Made by a program: the position numbers and the translations under genes. Under the pieces are notes generated by a model that did not search any database, was not told the origin of the DNA, and worked only from the letters and a program-made list of their open reading frames with translations. This document shows positions 53,532 to 63,963 of a stretch of 64,000 nucleotides of DNA, piece after piece; the stretch's first letter is position 1; each line of letters starts with the position of its first letter. The DNA comes from an uncultured Collinsella sp. (GTDB taxonomy: Bacteria > Actinomycetota > Coriobacteriia > Coriobacteriales > Coriobacteriaceae). Where the stretch lies: the NCBI GenBank assembly GCA_902469055.1, contig CABRBC010000009.1:16655-80654 (forward strand). Direction: 5' to 3'.

Positions 53532-56500
53532 TATGCATTCACGACCTTTCCGGTTTCGCGATCGAGTTTTTGCGAGACGACGCGACTGACGCCGTCGGCT
53601 TGCATCGAGACGCCGTAGAGGACGTCAGCGTCCTCCATAGTACGGCGCTGATGCGAGATAACCAAGAGCTGCGTATCGGAACGCAACACGTCGAGTGCGC
53701 CGATGAGCTTGGACAGGTTGGCGTCATCGAGTGCCGCCTCGACCTCGTCCAGCACATAGAACGGCACCGTGCGCGTGCGGTACACAGCAAAGAGCAGGGC
53801 GAGCGCCGTCAGGCTCTTCTCGCCGCCCGACATGAGCATCATCTTGGTGATGCGCTTGCCGCGCGGCTGCGCCACGACCTCGATACCCGTCTCGGCAGGA
53901 TGCTCGGGATCGGTCATCTCCAGATGAGCCTGACCGCCCGGGAAGAGCATGGCGAAGATCTCGCGGAAGTTCGCATCGACCTTCTCAAACGTCACCAGGA
54001 ACGCCTTGCGCATCTTACGGTCGATAGCCACGGTGATCTTGGTGAGCGCCTTGCGCGCGCTCTCCAGATCGGCCAGCTGCTCCTCGATGTAATCGGCGCG
54101 GCGCTTGAGCTGCTCGTACTCCTCCATGGCAACTTGGTTAACGGGACCAAGGTTGTTGATCTGGCGCACAAGCTGGTTGAGTTCGCGCTCGGCGGCATCG
54201 CGGTCCGTGGGCGCCGGAAGCATGAGCGCTTCCTCGAGTACCGTGGTGCCATCGGCGGTAATGGCCTTAATGGCGGCCTCTACCTGCACCTCGAGCTTGC
54301 CACGCGCGACCTTGAACTCGTTTTGCGCGGCGGAGGCGGTATCGACTCGCTCCTTAGCGCGGGCAACCTCTGCCTTGGCATCCTCGATGGTCTTCTTGAG
54401 CGAAGCGGAGTCCGCCTCCTCCAGAGAGGCCTGGTCACGCAGGCGCGCTGCCCAATCCGACGCGCGTTCCAACAGGGCAGAATAGCGTTCGTGCATGGGG
54501 TCGACGCGCAGGCGCAGCAGCTCGAGCGAGCGCGAAGCCTGGCGTGTTCCGCGGATACGACGGTCGATGCCCTCAAGACGATGCTCAAGGTCGGGCACGC
54601 GGCCCTTCAGCGAACGCAGGCGCTCGCTCGTCTGGGCCAGGCGCACCTTGGCATCGGCGAGCTTACCGGCGGCCTCGGAATCGTCACGGCGAACGCGATC
54701 GAGCTCATCGTTGGCCTCGGCAATCTGGAGACCCAGGTCGCTTGCCTGTGCACGCGCCTCGTCACGCGAACGGGTGAGCTCGTCAACGCGCGGGCGCGCG
54801 GCACGAACGGCCTCGGCAGCCTGCTCGCGGCGCTTGGAGATGCGCACGCGCTCGACCTCGGCATTGTTGGCGCTTTGCTCCAAGCGGCCGATCTCGGAGA
54901 GCAGCGAGCGGCGCTCGCCCTCAAGACGGGCGATCTCACCGGCGGCATCGCCCTCGGCGGCACGGGCCTCCTCGACGGCAACGTTGGCCTCGACGACCTG
55001 ATCCGACACATGCTCAAACACGGCAGCCAGATCGGGCTCAAGCCCCTCCAGCTCGCGAATGCGACGCTTACGCTCCAGAGCACCCGACGCCTCGCCGGCA
55101 TCGAGGCCCACACGCACCAGGCCGCCACAGCTTACGCGGGCGCCATCGGGAGTCACATAGGTCACACCGTCAACGACAGGCGCAGCCAGCGCGGCAGCCA
55201 AGTCATCGACCACGTAATAGCCGCCGAGCAGCGCCTCGACGACGGGTCCGTAGCCTGCACGCACGGACAGACGATCAACCAGGCGGGTACCGGCAGCGCC
55301 CTCAGCGGCGGTAGAGCCGCTCACGCCGCGCGTCACCAGCAGTGCTTCGCCCGAGGCCTTCTTTTGGTCCAGAGCCGCACGACCGGCACGCTCAAGCGTG
55401 GCGGCGTCATCAAACAGCAGCGCATCGATATCGCCGGCGAGCAATTGCTCAACCAGGCCCTCAAGCTCGCGCGGGGCCTCCAGCACGTCGCCCAGACGAC
55501 CCAAGACATCGTCGCCCAGCGCACCCACCAGACGGCTCACGAGCGGCGAGCTGTCGGCCATGCGGGCATCGAGTTTCTTTTGGCTGGCAAGCTCCGAGCG
55601 CACCTCGGACAGCTTGTTGCGCGCCTCACTCTCACGATTACGCAAGTCCTTCAGGGCTGCACGGGCGACCTCGGTGGCCTCACGCGCATCGGCCTGGGCC
55701 TGGCGCGCTTCCTCAAGAGCACCCTCAAGCTCCTCTGCGCGGTTGCGACGGCTCTCGAGCGAGGCCGTGACCTCCTCGAGCTGTTCATCGATCTGCTCCA
55801 GGCGCGAGGCATACATGTTGTCCTCGACCTCGGCATTGCTCAGCGAGTCCTTCACCTTGGCGAGCTCGAGCGCGGCATTATCGGCCACGCGCTGCACATC
55901 GCGTTGCTCGCGCGTGAGCTGCGAAATCTGATTGTCGAGCGCCACGCGACGCTCGTGGAGCTCAGCAGCGGCAGGACCGGCGGCGTCAACGTCCTCCTGG
56001 GCCTGCATGTGCGCGCCGGTCACTTCCTCAAGCTGGGCGCGCGCGTCCTCGAGCTCCTCGACCACACGACGACGCTGATGCTCGGAGCTCGAAATCTGAC
56101 CGCGCATGTCAGACAGGCGCGACACCATGTTGTGGCCCTTTTCCTCGAGCAGGCGCATGTCGGAGTTAATGCGGCCGACCACATCTTGCATATGACGGCG
56201 CTGCTCGCCCAGGTCGCCCACAAACAGGCCCTTTTCCTCGAGCATGACCTGGAGCTTCTCGAGCTCGCGCTCCTTTTCGCCCAAGCGGTACTGCGCAAGC
56301 TCAAGCTCGGCCGCGCCCTCCTTGGAGCGGCTCTCCAGGTCGTTCCACTGCGACTGCAGCGAACGCAGCTCATCGACGGCCAGCATCTGCGTAAGCTCGT
56401 TCGCGCGCGAGGACAACTCTTTGTACTTGCGCGCACGATCGACCTGACGCTCCAGCGGTCGCAGCTGACGGGCGATTTCCTTATTGATGTCGCGGGCACG

Positions 56501-57067
56501 CGTCAGATGCTCGTCCATCGACTTAATCTTTTTGAGCGCACGCTCCTTGCGGCGCTTGTGCTTGGAGATGCCGGCGGCCTCCTCGATGAGGGCGCGGCGC
56601 TCCTCGGGGCGGCTCTGCAAAATGGCGTCAAGCTTGCCCTGGCTGATGATGGAATGCGTATCCTTGCCCAGGCCCGAATCGTGCAGGATGTCCTGAATGT
56701 CCATCAGGCGGCATGGACTCGAGTTGATGAGGTATTCGCTTTCGCCCGAACGATACATGCGGCGGGTGATGGCGACCTCGTCAAAGTCGACGGGCAGCAT
56801 ATGGTCCGAGTTATCGAGCACCAGCGTGACCTCGGCGACACCCACCGGCTTGCGCGCTGACGAGCCCGAGAAGATGACATCCTCCATGGCCTGGCCGCGC
56901 AGCTGCTTGGCGCTCTGCTCGCCCAGGACCCACAGGATGGAGTCGGAGATGTTCGATTTTCCCGAGCCGTTGGGACCGACGATGACGGTCAGGCCCGGCT
57001 CAAACGTCATATGGGCGCGGTCGCCAAACGACTTGAACCCTTTGAGCGTGAGGGACTTGAGATACAC
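53531..57067 (-). CDS. smc: Chromosome segregation protein SMC
   Basis: 1178 aa. N-terminal Walker A GPNGSGKSN, long coiled coils, a hinge, and C-terminal LSGGEKSLTALALLFA / DEVEAALD. Confidence 0.9.
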   Translation of the reverse strand: MYLKSLTLKGFKSFGDRAHMTFEPGLTVIVGPNGSGKSNISDSILWVLGEQSAKQLRGQAMEDVIFSGSSARKPVGVAEVTLVLDNSDHMLPVDFDEVAITRRMYRSGESEYLINSSPCRLMDIQDILHDSGLGKDTHSIISQGKLDAILQSRPEERRALIEEAAGISKHKRRKERALKKIKSMDEHLTRARDINKEIARQLRPLERQVDRARKYKELSSRANELTQMLAVDELRSLQSQWNDLESRSKEGAAELELAQYRLGEKERELEKLQVMLEEKGLFVGDLGEQRRHMQDVVGRINSDMRLLEEKGHNMVSRLSDMRGQISSSEHQRRRVVEELEDARAQLEEVTGAHMQAQEDVDAAGPAAAELHERRVALDNQISQLTREQRDVQRVADNAALELAKVKDSLSNAEVEDNMYASRLEQIDEQLEEVTASLESRRNRAEELEGALEEARQAQADAREATEVARAALKDLRNRESEARNKLSEVRSELASQKKLDARMADSSPLVSRLVGALGDDVLGRLGDVLEAPRELEGLVEQLLAGDIDALLFDDAATLERAGRAALDQKKASGEALLVTRGVSGSTAAEGAAGTRLVDRLSVRAGYGPVVEALLGGYYVVDDLAAALAAPVVDGVTYVTPDGARVSCGGLVRVGLDAGEASGALERKRRIRELEGLEPDLAAVFEHVSDQVVEANVAVEEARAAEGDAAGEIARLEGERRSLLSEIGRLEQSANNAEVERVRISKRREQAAEAVRAARPRVDELTRSRDEARAQASDLGLQIAEANDELDRVRRDDSEAAGKLADAKVRLAQTSERLRSLKGRVPDLEHRLEGIDRRIRGTRQASRSLELLRLRVDPMHERYSALLERASDWAARLRDQASLEEADSASLKKTIEDAKAEVARAKERVDTASAAQNEFKVARGKLEVQVEAAIKAITADGTTVLEEALMLPAPTDRDAAERELNQLVRQINNLGPVNQVAMEEYEQLKRRADYIEEQLADLESARKALTKITVAIDRKMRKAFLVTFEKVDANFREIFAMLFPGGQAHLEMTDPEHPAETGIEVVAQPRGKRITKMMLMSGGEKSLTALALLFAVYRTRTVPFYVLDEVEAALDDANLSKLIGALDVLRSDTQLLVISHQRRTMEDADVLYGVSMQADGVSRVVSQKLDRETGKVVNA

Positions 57068-57077
57068 GGTTCCTCGC

Positions 57078-57803
57078 TTACACGTGCTTCTTATTGAGAA
57101 TCACGCCGTTGGTGGTGTAACCCATGCGGTCGAGCGCTTCGAGCGCGGCGGCTCCCTCGGCTTCCTTCTTTGATGAGCCGGAGCCGCGACCCTGGCGAAC
57201 ACCATCGATCAACACCACGGCGGTAAAGGTGGGCGCATGCGCCGGGCCCTCGGAGCCAACGAGCTTATACGCCGGGGGTTCGTGACCGTCGGCTTGCACG
57301 CACTCCTGCAAAAACGACTTGGGGTTTGCGGGATGCTCGGCACGCTCGGAAGCCAAATGCGGCTTAAGCGTACGATGGATAAACTCCGCTGCGGCATCCC
57401 AGCCGGCATCCAGGTACAGTGCGCCCACGAGCGACTCGTAGACGTTCTCGAGGGCCGAATGCAGGCCGCGCGCACCGGTACCGGTCTCGGAGGCACCAAA
57501 GATGATGATGTCGTCGATGCCCAGCTCGTGAGAAACCTCGGACAGCGTAGCGCCCGAGACAAGCGACACCTTCAGGCGTGTGAGTTTGCCCTCGTCAAAC
57601 TCCGGATAGGACTCAAACAGGGAGCGTGCGACCACAGCGCCCAAAATGGAATCGCCCAAGAACTCAAGGCGCTCATAGCTGGCAGAAACCGGCTGGCCCT
57701 CGACTGCCGAGGGATGCGTAAGGGCCGCACGCAGCAGCACCTTATTATTGAACTCGTGGCCCAGAATTTCCTGGGCGCGCGTAAGTCGTTCAGACAAAGC
57801 CAA
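57078..57803 (-). CDS. rnc: Ribonuclease III
   Basis: RNase III signature ERLEFLGDS and a C-terminal dsRBD. Confidence 0.9.
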   Translation of the reverse strand: MALSERLTRAQEILGHEFNNKVLLRAALTHPSAVEGQPVSASYERLEFLGDSILGAVVARSLFESYPEFDEGKLTRLKVSLVSGATLSEVSHELGIDDIIIFGASETGTGARGLHSALENVYESLVGALYLDAGWDAAAEFIHRTLKPHLASERAEHPANPKSFLQECVQADGHEPPAYKLVGSEGPAHAPTFTAVVLIDGVRQGRGSGSSKKEAEGAAALEALDRMGYTTNGVILNKKHV

Positions 57804-57806
57804 GAC

Positions 57807-58049
57807 CTAAGCCTCCCTGGCGTTTTCGATCGCGTCGACGGCGTCGGCGACAGAGTTAAGCGAGAGCAGAGTCTCGTCATCGATCTCGAGGTTGAACTCG
57901 TCCTCGATGGCCGTAACCAGCTGCAGGCGCTCGAGCGAGTTGGCATCGAGGTCGTCAAAGGTGGTCTCATCGCTAATTTCGGCAACATCGACGCCCAGAA
58001 CGTCAGCAGCGACCTCGGCGATCTTGTCGAAGATTTCGGAGCGGTCCAT
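57807..58049 (-). CDS. acpP: Acyl carrier protein
   Basis: 80 aa acidic 4-helix protein. Ser attachment site in DLDANSLERLQLV. Confidence 0.8.
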   Translation of the reverse strand: MDRSEIFDKIAEVAADVLGVDVAEISDETTFDDLDANSLERLQLVTAIEDEFNLEIDDETLLSLNSVADAVDAIENAREA

Positions 58050-58163
58050 AGCGCTTCCTCTCATAGTGCATGAATACCAAAAGAATGGTACCGCCCGGGC
58101 GGTACCAAGACACGGTTCTGATTCTACCCCACGACGTGCGCCCCAAGACGCATAACGCCGCTG

Positions 58164-59189
58164 TTATAAAACGATACCGTCCATAGAGTTGGCGACATTC
58201 TCGACCAGCCCGGCGCGCACGGCTTCGGCCGCCGCGAGCGTACCGTTTTTAACAGCCTCGACCGAGGTGGCGCCATGGCCGATCAGGACCACGCCGCGCA
58301 GGCCCAGAAGAATCGCGCCGCCCTTGGCGTCGCCAGAGAGCTTGGCCTTAATCTCGCGCATTTGCTTTTTGATGAGCAGCGCGGCAATCTTGGTGCCAAG
58401 CGAAGACATAAAGACACCCTTGAGCTCCTGCAGCAAAAACTTGGCAGCGCCCTCGGTGGCCTTGAGCGCAATATTGCCCGACATGCCATCGGCAACGACG
58501 ACATCGAAGTTACCTGAGGTGATGTCCGTTCCCTCGCAGTTACCAACAAAGCCGGGAACGGCGGCTTTCATGGCCGGGAAGCAGGCCTTAGTAAAGTTGG
58601 AACCCTTCTCGTCCTCGGTGCCGTTGGCAAGCAGGCCCACGCGAGGATGCTCGATGCCCAGGACGACGCGGGCATAAGCACTACCCATCTGGGCAAAACG
58701 TACCATGTCATCGACCTCGACATCGGGGTTGGCGCCCATATCGCACAGCACCGTCAGACCGCCGGCGCGATTGGGCAGTGCATTGGTCAGACAGGGGCGC
58801 ACCGGCTGCTTCTTGCCTTCGGCCTGATACCTAAACGGCGTCACATAGGCGGTGGCGGCGGCGGTCATGGCACCGGTGGAGCCGGCGGAGAAGAACGCAT
58901 CCGCGTTGCCCTTCTTAATGGCGCGGCACGACAGCACGATCGAAGACTTGCGTTTGGTCATCACGGCGCGAATGGGATCGTCATCCATGGCGATAACGTC
59001 AGGTGCCTCAAGGGCCTCAACACGTGCATGGGAAGCTGCAAAGGGATTGACGATTTCGGCGGGGCCAGCTGCCAAGACCTCGATATCGGGATCGGCGGCA
59101 AGTGCAGCCTCAATACCATCGAGAACAACCTGAGGTTTCTCGTCTCCGCCCACAACGTCTACACAAACGCGAACGTTACTCATAAACAT
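58164..59189 (-). CDS. plsX: Phosphate acyltransferase PlsX
   Basis: VCVDVVGGDEKPQVVLDGI..., PlsX fold, 341 aa. Confidence 0.9.
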   Translation of the reverse strand: MFMSNVRVCVDVVGGDEKPQVVLDGIEAALAADPDIEVLAAGPAEIVNPFAASHARVEALEAPDVIAMDDDPIRAVMTKRKSSIVLSCRAIKKGNADAFFSAGSTGAMTAAATAYVTPFRYQAEGKKQPVRPCLTNALPNRAGGLTVLCDMGANPDVEVDDMVRFAQMGSAYARVVLGIEHPRVGLLANGTEDEKGSNFTKACFPAMKAAVPGFVGNCEGTDITSGNFDVVVADGMSGNIALKATEGAAKFLLQELKGVFMSSLGTKIAALLIKKQMREIKAKLSGDAKGGAILLGLRGVVLIGHGATSVEAVKNGTLAAAEAVRAGLVENVANSMDGIVL

Positions 59190-59270
59190 GCTCCTTATAC
59201 AAAAATGGCCGACTCATTGAGCCGGCCATTGTGGTTCCATTTGGAACGGCATCGCATCCAGAGTATACCG

Positions 59271-59451
59271 TTACTCGGTAACGATAACCTCGCGGTCCTT
59301 GTAGAAACCGCAGCTGGGGCACACGTGGTGCGGAAGCTTGACAGCGCCGCAACGGGGGCACGTGGACTGAGCCGCAGCCGAGATCTTCATGTTGGCGGAA
59401 CGACGGGTGTGAGTGCGGATACGACCCTGCTTTTGTTTAGGTACGGGCATA
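59271..59451 (-). CDS. rpmF: 50S ribosomal protein L32
   Basis: Manual translation gives MPVPKQKQGRIRTHTRRSANMKISAAAQSTCPRCGAVKLPHHVCPSCGFYKDREVIVTE*, the L32 pattern with a CxxC...CxxC motif. Confidence 0.8.
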
Positions 59452-59514
59452 GTGACCTTCCTTATGAACTATCCAGTGTGGCGATTACGCGCAAGTAGCG
59501 ATACTACCACAGTT

Positions 59515-60069
59515 TTACTCATCAAGCTTGAGATTCTTCAATGCTGCAAATGGATTTTCCGTGGCAGCGGCCCATTCCGCCTCTGCCTGGGCGGCGCAAT
59601 CGCATTGCTCGACGTTGAGATTGCAGCCGCAAGTGGGGCACAGACCGCGGCAATCGGGCTTGCAGAGCACCACAAACGGCGTGTCCATAACGACCGCGTC
59701 ATTGATGGGCTCACCCAGATCGACGATGCGGTCCTCACCCAGGAGCTCGTAGCCGTCCTCGTAGGCCTCGGGATCCTCGGGCTCCTCAAAGAGATAAAAC
59801 TCCTCGATCTCGCCAGCGATATCAAACGAGGCGGGCTCCAGGCAACGGTCGCACTCGCCGGTGGCGTGCGCGCGAACCATGCCCGTGAGCAAGACACCGG
59901 TACCGGCATTGGTAAAGACAACGTCGTAGTCGATGCCGTCCTGTAGCTGGTACTCCTTCTCGCCCACCGTGTAGGTGGCGACATCGACCTTACCGGTCAG
60001 CGGATACGAATCTCCAGGAAACTCGAGCTGCTCGGAAAGATCGACGGTAACGCTCGGGAACTCAGCCAT
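59515..60069 (-). CDS. yceD: YceD/DUF177 large-ribosomal-subunit rRNA accumulation protein
   Basis: Acidic protein with C-terminal CxxC...CxxC (CDRC...CPTCGC), sitting immediately upstream of rpmF as in many bacteria. Confidence 0.8.
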   Translation of the reverse strand: MAEFPSVTVDLSEQLEFPGDSYPLTGKVDVATYTVGEKEYQLQDGIDYDVVFTNAGTGVLLTGMVRAHATGECDRCLEPASFDIAGEIEEFYLFEEPEDPEAYEDGYELLGEDRIVDLGEPINDAVVMDTPFVVLCKPDCRGLCPTCGCNLNVEQCDCAAQAEAEWAAATENPFAALKNLKLDE

Positions 60070-60575
60070 TACCACTGACCATTCTGCTGGGCGGCACCCT
60101 CGTTGAGCTGCTGACGGCAACGGGTAACGGTGCCGGTCAGGCTCTTGAGGTTCTCCTCCAGGTGCGTAAAGACCTGCTCTGCGTAGTCCTCGGCAGCATA
60201 ACGCGTCTCACGCTCGTACTGCTGGGCACGATCGCGGATGTCGTCGGCCTGCTGCTGCGCAAGGCGGACGATCTCCTGCTCACCGGCAATGGTGAGGGCC
60301 TGCTGCTGAGCGTCGGCGATGATGGAATCGGCCTGAGCGGCGGGGGCGGGGGCGAAAGCCATAAGCTCCTCGCGCTCCTTAAGGATACGGCGGGACTTCT
60401 GCCACTCCTCGGGATAGCTCATGCGGATCTCGTCGAGGATGTTGAAGAACACGTCGGCGTCGATGACCTTGAACTGAGCGTTCTTGCCGAAAGGCGGCTT
60501 GGCTTCCTCGATCAGCCCTTCGAGCTCATCGACCAAGCTGACGATCCTATCGCCAGGAAAATTCTCGCCCGGCAT
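60069..60575 (-). CDS. Conserved hypothetical coiled-coil protein (DivIVA / ATP-synthase-b-like helical)
   Basis: About 168 aa, Gln/Ala/Glu-rich helical repeats. RBS AGGAG lies before MPGENFPG. Sits between coaD and yceD. Confidence 0.45.
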   Translation of the reverse strand: MPGENFPGDRIVSLVDELEGLIEEAKPPFGKNAQFKVIDADVFFNILDEIRMSYPEEWQKSRRILKEREELMAFAPAPAAQADSIIADAQQQALTIAGEQEIVRLAQQQADDIRDRAQQYERETRYAAEDYAEQVFTHLEENLKSLTGTVTRCRQQLNEGAAQQNGQW

Positions 60576-60643
60576 CCGGTCTCCTTTCATAGGTAACATA
60601 TCATCGTGCTAGTTTACCACATGCCACCAGGCAATAAGAAACG

Positions 60644-61141
60644 TCACGAAAAGCGATGTTTGAGCGCTTCGACCACGTTGGACGGGACAAACGTCGATAC
60701 GTCACTGCCGAGCGAGGCGATCTGGCGAACGACCGAGCTCGAGATATAGCCGTACTGCGGCGCACTCATGACAAAGATGGACTCCAGCTCGCTATCCAGG
60801 CGATAGTTAAGGTCGGCCTGCTGCAGCTCATACTCAAAGTCGGTCATGGCGCGCAGACCCTTGACCACGGCCCCCGCCCCCTGCTCACGAGCGAAGTCGA
60901 CCAAGAGGCCGGTAAAGGGCAGGACCTCGACGCCGTCGATATCACCGAGCGCCTCGCGGGCCAGCGCCACGCGCTCATCGAGCATAAACGTGGTGCCCAC
61001 ACCGTTTTTACCCTGCGACTCGGCCACGGCGACGATCACGCTGGGAAAGATGCGGCGGGCGCGGCGGATCACATCGATATGGCCAAACGTGATGGGATCG
61101 AAGGTGCCCGGGACGATCACGCGATTAATAGTGTCACTCAT
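60644..61141 (-). CDS. coaD: Phosphopantetheine adenylyltransferase
   Basis: MSDTINRVIVPGTFDPITFGHIDVI with the (T/H)xGH motif. 165 aa. The rsmD 3' end overlaps the coaD start by 8 nt. Confidence 0.9.
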   Translation of the reverse strand: MSDTINRVIVPGTFDPITFGHIDVIRRARRIFPSVIVAVAESQGKNGVGTTFMLDERVALAREALGDIDGVEVLPFTGLLVDFAREQGAGAVVKGLRAMTDFEYELQQADLNYRLDSELESIFVMSAPQYGYISSSVVRQIASLGSDVSTFVPSNVVEALKHRFS

Positions 61142-61778
61142 GGGCGTCCTCCGGGGATACTGCCTCGTCATTTTCGTTAGCATCAGTGCCGCCGTCCTTG
61201 CTATCGCCGACCCAACGGAGCAGGTCGACCGAGGTAATGCCGTAGCGCTTCTCACGTACAGTCTCAAAGCCTGCCGGATGCGCGCCCGCATCGGCGGCGG
61301 CATGCTCAAACAGGGCGTAAGCGCCAGACGCAAGCATACCCTGCTGAGCCAGGTCCTGCAGCAGCTCCTCGACCGGCTCGGCACCAAAAGCATAGGGCGG
61401 GTCGAGCAGGACCAGATCAAAGGGGCCGCCTGGTACACGACCGCGCGAGGCACTCACCAGCATGTCGCCCGTGACCACGCGCCAACGCGCACGGTCACGG
61501 CAGAGCGACTCGATATTCTTGCTAATGAGCCGCGCGGCGTTGCGATCGATCTCAAACGTCGTGAGCGAGCGGGCCCCACGAGAGAGCATCTCTAACCCTA
61601 AGGCGCCGGAGCCGCCAAAGGCGTCCAGCACGCGGACCTCGTCCAGATCGAAGTCGAATGCCGACATGACCATAGATGCGCACGCCTCACGCACGCGATC
61701 AGTCGTGGGGCGGGTGACATCGCGACCACGGGGCTCCTCGATCTTACGACCGCGCCATTCGCCGCCGATGATTCTCAT
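61134..61778 (-). CDS. rsmD: 16S rRNA (guanine966-N2)-methyltransferase RsmD, with an acidic C-terminal extension
   Basis: LDAFGGSGALGLE... and DPPY (LLDPPYAFG) motifs. Confidence 0.85.
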   Translation of the reverse strand: MRIIGGEWRGRKIEEPRGRDVTRPTTDRVREACASMVMSAFDFDLDEVRVLDAFGGSGALGLEMLSRGARSLTTFEIDRNAARLISKNIESLCRDRARWRVVTGDMLVSASRGRVPGGPFDLVLLDPPYAFGAEPVEELLQDLAQQGMLASGAYALFEHAAADAGAHPAGFETVREKRYGITSVDLLRWVGDSKDGGTDANENDEAVSPEDAHE

Positions 61779-63952
61779 CCTCCGCTGACCTCCTTAATAA
61801 TATGTCGATATCGCATGGCGACCGCATCGCGCAGGGGGCGCGTCGCCACGGAGTCAAGGGTGCAAGCATACCGCAAGAGCTCGACCGCGTCCAAATGGGC
61901 CCACTCGATTAGTTCCTCGTCGGCATCCAGGTCGACAAAGCGCAAAGTCACACCGCCATGCTGGCGATAACCCAGGATTTCGCCCTCGTGACGCAGACGC
62001 AGGTCCATCTGGGCGAGCGTAAAGCCATCCGCGGTTTTTTCGAGCGATTGCAGGCGATCTTGTGCTGCGGACGCGCCGCCGTTGCCCTTGGAGTGCGTCA
62101 TGACCAGGCACGTGCCCGACACACTGCCACGGCCCACGCGGCCGCGCAGCTGGTGCAGGGCAGCCAATCCAAAGCGCTCGCCGTTCTCGATGACCATGAC
62201 GGTGGCGTTAGGCACATCGACGCCCACCTCGACCACCGTAGTCGAGACGAGCACGTCAATCTCGCCACGCTTGAAGGCATCGATAACCTGGTCCTTCTCC
62301 CCCGCCGGCATGCGGCCGTGAAGGCGCTCGACGGTAAGCCCCGGCAACGCCAGACGCAGGCGATCGAGCTCGGTCGCCGTATCGTGCAGCGGCACGGGTA
62401 CGGTTACGCGGCCCTCATCGTCGCGGTCAATACCGGGCACGTCTTCCAGCTCATCGGCCGAGTCACTCGGCTCCACGAGTGGGCAAATCACGTAGGCCTG
62501 CTGACCCTTTTCATGCGCCTCGCGGATGGCGGCATAGGCGAGGTCACGGCTCGACTCGGTGAGCACGCGTGTCGTCACGCCAGCGCCGGGGACAGGCCGA
62601 TGACGGATGATACTCGTGTCCAGATCGCCGTAGACCGAAAGCGCCAGCGTACGCGGGATGGGCGTTGCCGTCATAACGAGCAGATCGGCACCGGGGCCCT
62701 TCGCGCGCAGGGCGTTGCGTTGGCCGACGCCAAACCGGTGCTGCTCATCGATGACCACGAGCGACAGATGCTTGAACGCAACGTTATCCGAAAGGACCGC
62801 GTGGGTTCCAAAGAGGACGTCGAGCTCGCCTGATTCCAGCTGTGCATGGATGCGCTCGCGCTCTGCGGCCGGCGTGGCACCCGTCAGAAGCGCCCAGGAC
62901 ATGCCGGCCTGCGAGAGCAGAGGGCCGGTCTTATCGGCATATTGGCGCGCCAGCACGCCCGTGGGCGCCATAACGCAGGCCTGCGTGCCGCTATCGGCAG
63001 CCACAGCTAGCGCGCAGGCGGCAACGGCGGTCTTACCGGTACCGACATCGCCCAGCAGCAGACGGTTCATCACGCGCCCGCCATCGCACATGTCATGCAG
63101 GATGTCTTGGAATGCGGCCTCCTGCTCGTCGCTCAGCGAAAACGGAAGGGCCTGTTTAAGCGCGCCCAGATGCTCGCCCGCGGTGTGGGCATAGGGCACC
63201 ACATCGACCAGGCCACCGTCGTTGCGCAGACGCAGCGCCAGCTGCAGGTAGAGGCACTCCTCGTAGGCAAGACGCCGGCGTGCGATGTCGCGCTCAGCCA
63301 TGCTCGAGGGAAAGTGGATCGAACGCAACGCGCGGGCATTGCTCATGAGCTTCCGCTTTGCGCGCAGCGGCGCGGGAATCGGATCGAACGGATTGCCGAC
63401 GACCTCGAGCGCGCCGCTTACGATGCGGCGCATCCACGCCTGGCTCACGCCATCGCTCACGTAATGGACCGGCAGAATGGTGCCTGCGGCGCGCCTGTCC
63501 TCGAGCTTTTCAAAGTGGGGCGAGGCCATCTGTTTAAAGCCGTAGGCAAACTCGACCTTGCCCATCACGGCCAGGCGGTCGCCCTGCTTAAGCTGCTGAG
63601 CAATCCAGGGCTGGCGGAAAAAGGCGACCTGCAGCACGCCCGTCTCGTCAACAAGTGAGACCTCAGTCACCTGCATGCGCGGACGCGGCTGCTTTTGGAC
63701 GATACGGTCGACCGTGGCGACGATGGTGCACACGGTACCGATGGGCGCCATCTCGATAGACCAAGAACGGGTAAAGTCGAGGTATCGATGAGGGATATGG
63801 AGAAGGAGGTCCCCCACCGTCCGAATTCCCAGACGGCGAAGGGCCTCCTCACGTTTACCCGAAACATATTTGAGTCGCGCGATATCCTCGTCGAGCGCAT
63901 TGCTCTGGGCAAAGCGCTCCGAGACGCGCGGCACGGAGCACAGCTCGGACAT
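61775..63952 (-). CDS. recG: ATP-dependent DNA helicase RecG
   Basis: Wedge domain, helicase motif I LLGDVGTGKT, DEAH-like VIDEQHRFG, and C-terminal helicase motifs. Confidence 0.9.
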   Translation of the reverse strand: MSELCSVPRVSERFAQSNALDEDIARLKYVSGKREEALRRLGIRTVGDLLLHIPHRYLDFTRSWSIEMAPIGTVCTIVATVDRIVQKQPRPRMQVTEVSLVDETGVLQVAFFRQPWIAQQLKQGDRLAVMGKVEFAYGFKQMASPHFEKLEDRRAAGTILPVHYVSDGVSQAWMRRIVSGALEVVGNPFDPIPAPLRAKRKLMSNARALRSIHFPSSMAERDIARRRLAYEECLYLQLALRLRNDGGLVDVVPYAHTAGEHLGALKQALPFSLSDEQEAAFQDILHDMCDGGRVMNRLLLGDVGTGKTAVAACALAVAADSGTQACVMAPTGVLARQYADKTGPLLSQAGMSWALLTGATPAAERERIHAQLESGELDVLFGTHAVLSDNVAFKHLSLVVIDEQHRFGVGQRNALRAKGPGADLLVMTATPIPRTLALSVYGDLDTSIIRHRPVPGAGVTTRVLTESSRDLAYAAIREAHEKGQQAYVICPLVEPSDSADELEDVPGIDRDDEGRVTVPVPLHDTATELDRLRLALPGLTVERLHGRMPAGEKDQVIDAFKRGEIDVLVSTTVVEVGVDVPNATVMVIENGERFGLAALHQLRGRVGRGSVSGTCLVMTHSKGNGGASAAQDRLQSLEKTADGFTLAQMDLRLRHEGEILGYRQHGGVTLRFVDLDADEELIEWAHLDAVELLRYACTLDSVATRPLRDAVAMRYRHIIKEVSGG

Positions 63953-63963
63953 GGGCAGTTGCC

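Noticed and set aside
53570-56860. 1096 aa plus-strand ORF
   Set aside because: Antisense shadow ORF of smc.
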